Source of the DNA: Desulfobacterales bacterium
GTDB taxonomy: Bacteria; Desulfobacterota; Desulfobacteria; Desulfobacterales; UBA11574
Assembly (NCBI GenBank): GCA_030145595.1
Contig: JAQYVG010000003.1
Span: forward strand, 1 to 33,361
Direction: 5' to 3'
Length of the DNA: 33,361 bases
The translations under genes were made by a program, and so were the position numbers. Numbering within the stretch: position 1 is the first letter of the stretch; each line of letters opens with the position of its first letter. The notes under the pieces were generated by a model. The model was not told where the DNA came from, searched no databases, and saw only the letters and a program-made list of their open reading frames with translations. Shown here in pieces: positions 23,957 through 31,098 of this stretch.

Positions 23957-24517
23957 TCATGTAGGGTTCTGGTCGAGGGCTTTTTCAAGATGCCATCTGA
24001 AGAGTTCAAAACAGGTAAGGCAAAAGTCGGGGTGTTTGAAATCCGTATCCTCCATCCGGGCTGAGGAATACATAACGCAACGCCGATCTCTGCAATGGGT
24101 TAGGCCGAATGTGTGGCCCAGTTCATGCAGGGCGGTCTTTTCTAGCCTGACCAAGAAAAGATCTGGATTTGATGGCTGGTCATAAAACTGGGGGTAAAGC
24201 CGATGTAGAGAGATAATGGAGTGTTGACCTTCAATTTGTGCCAATCCAAAAACAAACTTAAGAATGGGTACATACAGGTCTGCGGGAGTAACGCCAATAA
24301 ACCTCAGGGTGTCACTTGGACATTGTCGCAGGAGGTGCTTTAATATCAGTTTTGAATTATACTGACACCGGGTCTGATTATACGCATACTCAGGACTTTC
24401 CATTCTCGAAGAAATCTTGCAGGTTAGACCACATCGGGCCGAGATACATTCCGCAAGGTGCTCGAGAATACTTTTGTCCACCGAACCGACAGCGCAGATG
24501 GTAACACATCTTGGCAA
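23957..24517 (-). CDS. amzA: Archaemetzincin-family zinc metalloprotease (peptidase M54)
   Basis: 'HELGHTFGLTHCRDRRCVMYS...DFCLTCF' matches the HExxHxxGxxxC-x4-CxM...CxxC archaemetzincin signature. Putative TTG start 6 nt after the upstream stop. Confidence 0.8.
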   Translation of the reverse strand: MPRCVTICAVGSVDKSILEHLAECISARCGLTCKISSRMESPEYAYNQTRCQYNSKLILKHLLRQCPSDTLRFIGVTPADLYVPILKFVFGLAQIEGQHSIISLHRLYPQFYDQPSNPDLFLVRLEKTALHELGHTFGLTHCRDRRCVMYSSARMEDTDFKHPDFCLTCFELFRWHLEKALDQNPT

Positions 24518-24523
24518 GGTGAT

Positions 24524-25876
24524 TTAGGATTCCTTTTCGATATGATATTTTTCAATCTTATTGTAGAGGGTCTGCCGGTCAATTTCCAGTACACGAGCTG
24601 TTTTGCTGATGTTCCAATCCGTTTCTTCCAGAATTTTATTAATATGCATTTTTTCCATCAATTTTAGCGACTTGGGCAATGCTTCAGTTCCCAACTCCTT
24701 GCGTGAAAAGGGGAGATCCTCTGTTACGATTTCTATGCCACGCCCGATAACCAGCGCCCTTTCAATTACATTTTCCAATTCCCTCACATTTCCGGGCCAG
24801 TTGTAATCCATTAACAATTTCATGGCGGAGGACACGATTTTTACCGGCTCTTTATTCAGTTCCAGACAATATCTGCGGATAAATGCCTTTGCCAGCAGTG
24901 GGATATCTTCTTTTCGTTCCCTTAGCGACGGTACGTGGATTGATATGACGTTCAATCGATAAAAAAGATCTTCACGAAATCGGTTTTCGGAAATCGCCTT
25001 CTTCAGGTCCTGATTAGTGGCCGCCAGAATACGTACATCCACTTTTATCTCTTCCTGACCGCCCAGACGTCTGAACTCCTTTTGTTGCAAAACCCTTAAA
25101 AGATCCACCTGTGTCTTTAAACTGATGTCTCCGATTTCATCCAAAAAAAGTGTTCCCTTATCGGCCATTTCAAATCGTCCCTTTCTGGTATGCTCTGCAC
25201 CTGTAAAGGCGCCCTTTTCATAGCCGAACAGTTCACTCTCCAACAGAGAATCGGGCAAGGCCCCGCAACTCACCGCGATAAAAGGCATGTAACAGCGCTG
25301 ACTGTTCCCGTGAATCGCCTGGGCAATCAGTTCTTTACCGGTGCCGCTTTCACCGGTGATGAGTACGGTAGAGTCTGTTGGCGCCACCTGGGAAATCAAA
25401 TCATATATCTTTTGCATGACATCGCTTTTACCAATGATCTCGTCATATTCTGATCTTTCTTCCAGTTTTTGGCGCAGTAAAATATTTTCTAAGACCAGTT
25501 CCTGGTGGGTGACAATTTTCTTTATCTGCATTTCGATTTCGTCAGGGGAGAAGGGCTTGACCAGATAATCAAAGGCCCCTTCCTTCATAGCCTGAACCGC
25601 GGTATCTACCGTGGCATAGGCTGTCATCATGAGTATCTCCGCCTCTGTATTCACTTCTTTTCCTTTAAGCCGTTTCAGGGTCTCAACCCCATCCATGCCC
25701 GGCATTTTCAGATCCAGCAAAATCACGTCCCAGTTTTTCTTCCGGGTCATGGTAATGGCTTCTTTGCCGCTTGCAGCCAGGCCGACCTCATAGCCTTCCT
25801 CCATCAGCCAGTCTTTAAGAGATTCTCGCATCGGCGCTTCATCATCAACGACAAGAATACGGGGCTTTTTGGTCAT
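24524..25876 (-). CDS. Sigma-54-dependent response regulator (REC - AAA+ - Fis HTH; NtrC/AtoC class)
   Basis: REC 'ILVVDDE...VILLDLKMPGMDG'. AAA+ 'GESGTGKE', 'ESELFGYEKGAFTGA', 'WPGNVRELEN'. HTH 'NISKTARVLEIDRQTLYNKI'. GGAAGGAG RBS. Confidence 0.93.
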   Translation of the reverse strand: MTKKPRILVVDDEAPMRESLKDWLMEEGYEVGLAASGKEAITMTRKKNWDVILLDLKMPGMDGVETLKRLKGKEVNTEAEILMMTAYATVDTAVQAMKEGAFDYLVKPFSPDEIEMQIKKIVTHQELVLENILLRQKLEERSEYDEIIGKSDVMQKIYDLISQVAPTDSTVLITGESGTGKELIAQAIHGNSQRCYMPFIAVSCGALPDSLLESELFGYEKGAFTGAEHTRKGRFEMADKGTLFLDEIGDISLKTQVDLLRVLQQKEFRRLGGQEEIKVDVRILAATNQDLKKAISENRFREDLFYRLNVISIHVPSLRERKEDIPLLAKAFIRRYCLELNKEPVKIVSSAMKLLMDYNWPGNVRELENVIERALVIGRGIEIVTEDLPFSRKELGTEALPKSLKLMEKMHINKILEETDWNISKTARVLEIDRQTLYNKIEKYHIEKES

Positions 25877-25911
25877 TGTCGGCTCCTTCCATTTTCAATA
25901 ATGCATTACAA

Positions 25912-27357
25912 TCATTCGCACGGCAGGCGAACCTTGAACGCACTTCCCTTGTCAAGTTCGCTTTCCACTGCTATTGTACCGTTGTGCTGGGTGATGATGC
26001 CGTAAGCTACCGCAAGGCCGAGACCCACACCTTGTCCCTCTTCTTTGGTGGTAAAAAAAGGCTCAAAAATATTTTCCATGTCTTTCCCGGCAATGCCGCA
26101 GCCCGTATCGGAAATCACGATCTCTAAAAACCCCTCGGGCGCGACGCTCCTATTGGTTGTTACCGTCAGGGTGTCTCCTTTTTGCATGGCCTCTGAAGCA
26201 TTGTACATGAGGCCTAAAAGGACCTGCTGGATCTGTCTAAAATCGCATTGAACTTTTGGCATATTCGACTCAATGCTTTTTTTCAGTTGAATTTCTTTTA
26301 TTTTCAGATCATGGGAAATAATAATCAGGGTCCTGTCGATAATGTCTGTAATGCTGTGGCTTGAAATGGTAATTTTTGATTGACGGGAAAATGCCAGAAG
26401 GTTTTTTACGATGTCTCCACACCGGGCTGTCTCTGATTCCATGGTAGCCAAATATCCGGAAATGTCCTCAAGTCTTTCAGGGGAGAAGCGATTCCGGGAT
26501 ATAAGCTTGATCATCAACCGGATATAGGTCAGAACCGTGGCAAGGGGATTGTTTATTTCATGGGCGATGGTAGCGGCCAATTTGCCCAGGGAGGCCAGCT
26601 TATCCTGTCTCATCAAGGCCTTCTTCCATTTAATCTCTTTGGTGATATCCCTTGATACTTCTATCACACCGACCAGCGTATTATTTTCAAAGAGAGGATG
26701 ACAGGATATGGAACAGTAACTCTTTTGATTTCCCTTGTCCAGATGAATATGCGTTACGCGGGTAAGTTCCTGGGTTTCTTTAACCTCGGCAAGTGGGCAG
26801 GGATGCTCTTCCCCTGAGCAGGGTGCGTTTTGATGATGCGAAATTTCGTAGCAGTAACGACCAATAACATTTTCCCGTTCAAGACCTAATTTGGTAAGCA
26901 GGGTATCATTGATATCCAGAATGCGGTAATTGAGATCAATGATCATGACGTCGTCCTGTATCAGGTCATTTATGACAAGCCTATACATGGTTTTTGTTTT
27001 TTCAAGTTCTTCGTTGGTCTGCTCCTGAATACTGGAAACGCCGACCTCCCAGAAAAGCCGGGCGGTGTTATGGTTAATGGCCCGGACGCTTTTTTTCTTT
27101 TTGGATACAATGTTAAAGAACACCTCATTATCGCCGGTCAGCTCGATAATAAGGTCGAGATCATCCCTGTCAAAGAACTCATTATAATCATTGGTGATAA
27201 AAAGCCCTTTTTCTTTTGCTTTGACCAAGCCTGGCGCATCGTTTTTTATGTCGGCTACGGCTATTATATTAGGGCTTAATTCGGCAAAGACATGTTTTTC
27301 TATCATCTCCAGTAAAACGCGGCACCGGGCACCACCGCCGACGACAGCAATGTTCAT
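25912..27357 (-). CDS. Sensor histidine kinase: Rossmann-like N-domain - Cys/His-rich PAS - HisKA - HATPase_c
   Basis: 'MNIAVVGGGARC' (GxGxxG-like). PAS region with 'CYEISHHQNAPCSGEEHPCP...YCSISCHP'. H-box 'ATIAHEINNPLATV'. N/G boxes 'LGLMYNASEA', 'DTGCGI', 'GQGVGLGL'. Start set to ATG 27357 with GGAGG 7 nt upstream (ORF-track TTG 27453 is unlikely). Confidence 0.88.
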   Translation of the reverse strand: MNIAVVGGGARCRVLLEMIEKHVFAELSPNIIAVADIKNDAPGLVKAKEKGLFITNDYNEFFDRDDLDLIIELTGDNEVFFNIVSKKKKSVRAINHNTARLFWEVGVSSIQEQTNEELEKTKTMYRLVINDLIQDDVMIIDLNYRILDINDTLLTKLGLERENVIGRYCYEISHHQNAPCSGEEHPCPLAEVKETQELTRVTHIHLDKGNQKSYCSISCHPLFENNTLVGVIEVSRDITKEIKWKKALMRQDKLASLGKLAATIAHEINNPLATVLTYIRLMIKLISRNRFSPERLEDISGYLATMESETARCGDIVKNLLAFSRQSKITISSHSITDIIDRTLIIISHDLKIKEIQLKKSIESNMPKVQCDFRQIQQVLLGLMYNASEAMQKGDTLTVTTNRSVAPEGFLEIVISDTGCGIAGKDMENIFEPFFTTKEEGQGVGLGLAVAYGIITQHNGTIAVESELDKGSAFKVRLPCE

Positions 27358-27520
27358 GGTCAACCTCCAGTTTGAAACAGAATAATTTTCTGCTTTCGGA
27401 AATGAGGTTTGTTTACTCTCATTTATTGTATAAGATCTGAATCTTGCAAGCAAGATTCAGGTAAAAACTTATGGATATATAACACATGTAAAATGGGAAT
27501 GTAAATATCGAGTCTGTCCG

Positions 27521-27615
27521 GCAATCCAGACAAAATATTTACAAAAAAAAAGACCTTTGAAAATACCTGCAACGGGCATTTTCAAAGGTCTTGTATTTTA
27601 ATAGGTATTTCCTTT
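27521..27615. repeat. Copy 2 of the ~95-nt terminator-bearing repeat (copy 1 at 22497-22591)
   Basis: See copy 1. The right end abuts the fdhA stop codon at 27616. Confidence 0.8.
27543..27600 (-). terminator. Rho-independent terminator of the hdrA-mvhD-FeS-fdhA operon
   Basis: 15-bp stem AAGACCTTTGAAAAT / ATTTTCAAAGGTCTT, followed on the minus strand by U9. It begins about 20 nt after the fdhA stop. Confidence 0.8.
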
Positions 27616-29652
27616 TTAGGCGGCTTTCTCGATCTTAACCGCGCAAACCTTGTATTCCGGAATTTTGGCCGTCGGATCGGCTGCCGCATTGGTAAGCACA
27701 TTGGCCGGGCTTTCCGCAAAATGGAACGGCACGAAAAGCAGGCCCGGTTTTACCTTGTTGCTGACACGAGCCGACACTTGAATTTCACCTCTGCGGGTGG
27801 AAAGTTTGACCGTATCACCGTCTTTAACCGCCAGCGTTTCGGCATCCTCCGGATGGATTTCCACATATCCGTCTTTCTGCTCGGCATCCAGATGGGGTGA
27901 GACGCGCGTCATGGTGCCGGTATGATAATGGGCGAACATGCGGCCGGTGGTGAGAAAATAGGGGTATTCGGCGTCCGGCATTTCAGCAGGATCAAGGTAC
28001 TCGATGGCATGGAAAAGACCTTTGCCGCGGGTGAACTGCTCCTTGTGCAGAAACTGGGTTCCCGGGTGTTCGGGGTTCGGGCAGGGCCACTGCAATCCGT
28101 CCAGCCCCATCCTTTCGTAAGACATGCCGGCATAGCTCGGTGCCGCGGTGGTGACTTCCTTGAATATGTCTTCGGGACCATCATATTTCATCTCATAGCC
28201 CATGGCCGTTGAAAGCCTGGAGATGATTTCCCAATCTGCCAGTGTATCCCCTAAGGGTTCGATGGCTTTGTTGACTTTCATACAGCGGCGTTCCGTATTG
28301 GTAAATGTTCCGTCTTTCTCAGCCACCGAAACTGCTGCCAGCACTATATCGGACCTTGCGGCGGTCTCCGTCAGATAGATGTCCTGACAGATCAGAAGTT
28401 CAAGTTTGTCGAGGGCCTTATCAAGATGATTTTGGTCCGGATCACTCAACATCGGATTCTCACCGATGACGTACAGAGCCTTTAATTTGCCGTCGATCAT
28501 GGCCTGAACCATATCGGTGATGGTTAATCCTATCTTGTTCGGCAGCTCTTTGCCCCAGGCTTGGGAAAATTTTTCGGTGTTGGCTTCAACGGTTACCGGC
28601 TGATAGGCCGGAAAAACATTGGGCAGGCCGCCCATATCACAGGCGCCTTGAACATTATTTTGCCCCCTCAAAGGGTTGACACCACCGCTTTTCACACCGA
28701 CATTGCCGCACAGCATGGCAAGATTGCAAATGCTTTTAACATTGTCCACACCGGTAGTATGCTGAGTAATTCCCATGGCATAAAGAATAGAAGCCGGAGA
28801 GTTGGTGGCGTACAGTTCGGCCATCTTTTCCAGATCCGCCGGGGCAATACCGGTGATGGGCTCAACCTTTTCCGGCGTATACGCATCCAAGGCTGCCAGA
28901 AATTCCTCAACCCCCTCGCACCTTGCCTCCATGTAGCTTTTGTCGTGCCAGTCATTCTTGACAATGATATGCATCATGCCGTTAAGCATGGCTACGTCGC
29001 TTCCGACGCGCTGGGTTACCGCGACATCGGCAAAGCGTGACAGCTGGATATTTCTCGGGTCGGCCACGACCAGTTTGGCCCCTTTTTCCTTGGCCCTGAA
29101 AACCCGCCTTGCAATCAACGGATGGCATGCCGAGGTGTTTGAACCGGTGATAAAGATACAGGCGGCATCCTCGATTTCCTCAATGGAATTTGTCATGGCT
29201 CCACTTCCAAACGCAGCGGCAAGACCTACCACTGTAGAGGAATGTCAGAGCCGTGCGCAGTGGTCGACATTGTTGGTGCCGATCACCGCCCGGGCAAACT
29301 TTTGAGTTAAATAGTTTTCTTCGTTAGTAATTTTAGCAGAAGCCAGTACACCGACACTGTCCGGTCCGTGGGCGCTAACGATTCCCTTAAGCTTTTCTGC
29401 TGCAGTCTGGATGGCTTCATCCCAGGTGGCGTCTTGAAATTCGCCATTCTTCTTAATCAGGGGAGTGGTCAGGCGCTTATCGCTAACCACATGTTCATGC
29501 AGGTTCCAGCCTTTAATGCAAAGTTTGCCTTCATTCACCGGATGGGTTTTCATCGGGAGGGTATCGGTTAGCTTTCCGTCCATCACCTGGAAAAGGACAC
29601 CGCATCCTGTGCCGCAATATGAACAAACTGAAGGAATGATTTTGTAATCCAT
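27616..29652 (-). CDS. fdhA: Formate dehydrogenase catalytic subunit (Mo/W-bis-MGD), selenocysteine-containing; in-frame UGA at 29245-29247
   Basis: ORFs 29245..29652 and 27616..29232 are in the same frame. Reading through the TGA gives '[30 protein letters not shown]', the canonical FdhA/FdhH active-site context. N-terminal 4Fe-4S motif 'CSYCGTGCG'. No twin-arginine signal peptide. Confidence 0.9.
29214..29234 (-). promoter_or_regulatory. Putative bacterial SECIS hairpin for the fdhA UGA
   Basis: RNA CAGUGGUA-GGUCU-UGCCGCUG: an 8-bp stem (two G-U pairs) with a GGUC-containing apical loop. It starts 10 nt after the UGA, similar in position and loop to the E. coli fdhF SECIS. Confidence 0.55.
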
Positions 29653-29708
29653 ACCTAACGCTCCTTGGTATATGTTTGAAGGTTCAGGTCAGTATTTTAC
29701 TCTATCAA

Positions 29709-30578
29709 TTACAACGGTTTAGGCTCCAGAGTCACCTCATCTCCCAGCAAATTGAACGGAGATTGATCTGCATGCGTGCCGGTCTCGTAACCAAACTCAT
29801 CCTCCACCGTTGCATTTACCTTGCGGTAGAGCAGCCGCAGCGGAATATCCACCGGGCAGGCATCTTCGCACAAGCCGCAGTCGATGCATCGCCCTCCCAT
29901 ATGGACGGCCCTGACAAGGTGAAAAATGGGGTTTTCGGGCGGAAGGGTTCCGGTAGCGATCAGCTCCGGGTGTTCCAGGCTGCATTCCTTGCAAAAACAG
30001 ACCGGGCAGATGTCCCGGCATCCGTAGCACTTGATGCATTTTGAAAACTCATACATCCACCGCTTAAAGCGTTGCTCCATATCAAAGACTTCGGCGTCTT
30101 CGACATCCATATTGTTGTCGATGCCGACTTCCTTTTTATAAACAGCGGCTTTTTCAGGTTCAAGGTAGGAGCAATCCGCGTGTTTTTTAAGTTTGGAAGG
30201 GCAGCAGTTTAGATTAATTGTTTCCACGTTTTCAGGATTCAACTGGTTCCAGACATAGAGCACATTCAAAGCTCGCTGGTTGCAGTCCCTAACCATAAGC
30301 CCTATTTTAATGGCCGGCTTTTCAGCCGCAATCTTGGTGGCGATCTTTTCAAGGGAATAGCGTGCCTGGCCGCCGATCAACTCATCGACTTCATCAAGAT
30401 TGTTCTTGGTAAAAAAATGGGGCAGTGGATGTCCTTGAACCATTTTGTACCCCAGAAATACATCGATCTTATCCTGATCGATCCACTCTTTGACTTGCTC
30501 TTGCATGGTGGCAAGCGTACTTGGTTTACCGTCGGTAGTGCTAAACGGTTCGAGCCATTTTTTCATCTGCTCTTCCAT
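29709..30578 (-). CDS. 4Fe-4S dicluster iron-sulfur protein (putative electron-transfer subunit between FdhA and MvhD/HdrA)
   Basis: C-terminal 'CIKCYGCRDICPVCFC' and 'CIDCGLCEDACP' ferredoxin-type motifs. The N-terminal ~170 aa are unassigned. The RBS GGAGGA overlaps the mvhD stop. Confidence 0.65.
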   Translation of the reverse strand: MEEQMKKWLEPFSTTDGKPSTLATMQEQVKEWIDQDKIDVFLGYKMVQGHPLPHFFTKNNLDEVDELIGGQARYSLEKIATKIAAEKPAIKIGLMVRDCNQRALNVLYVWNQLNPENVETINLNCCPSKLKKHADCSYLEPEKAAVYKKEVGIDNNMDVEDAEVFDMEQRFKRWMYEFSKCIKCYGCRDICPVCFCKECSLEHPELIATGTLPPENPIFHLVRAVHMGGRCIDCGLCEDACPVDIPLRLLYRKVNATVEDEFGYETGTHADQSPFNLLGDEVTLEPKPL

Positions 30579-30579
30579 G

Positions 30580-31077
30580 TTATCCTCCCTCTACACTCTG
30601 AACTTCGGCGCTCTTGGCTTCGATTTCTGCCTCGCACGCATTCTCGATGGCTGACAGATCAAGCTCTCCCGGTAACGGGCTGGGACCCATTGCCTTGACT
30701 TTATCAGTGAAAGCAGTAACCACCTGGGCAAATTTCTGGGCCTCGGCCGAGGATATCCAGTCCAAGTGTAAACGGCCTTCTAATCCCATAAAATTCAAAA
30801 GTTCCTGTAGAAACGTCATCCGTTTGATGGTCATGAAATTACCGTACAGGTAATGGCAGTCGCCAACATGTCACCCGCCCACCATAACGGCATCGGCTCC
30901 GCTTTGAAAGGCCCTCAAAATATGGTGAGGCGATATGGTGGCGGAGCACATCACACGAATGGGCCGCACGTTGGTCGGATACTCCAGACGACTCACACCC
31001 GCCAGATCGGCGGCCCCATAGGCGCACCAATTACACAAAAAAGCGATTATCTTAGGCTCAAAACTATCCTCATTCAC
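30580..31077 (-). CDS. mvhD: MvhD-type (methyl-viologen-reducing hydrogenase delta subunit) protein, selenocysteine-containing; in-frame UGA at 30871-30873
   Basis: ORFs 30871..31077 and 30580..30834 share a frame. Read-through gives '[22 protein letters not shown]...RVMCS...[22 protein letters not shown]...LDWISSAE'. This matches the MvhD pattern GGCHxGDCHY with Sec in place of the first Cys. Confidence 0.85.
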
Positions 31078-31098
31078 CTTTCTCTCCTTTTCAATGGA

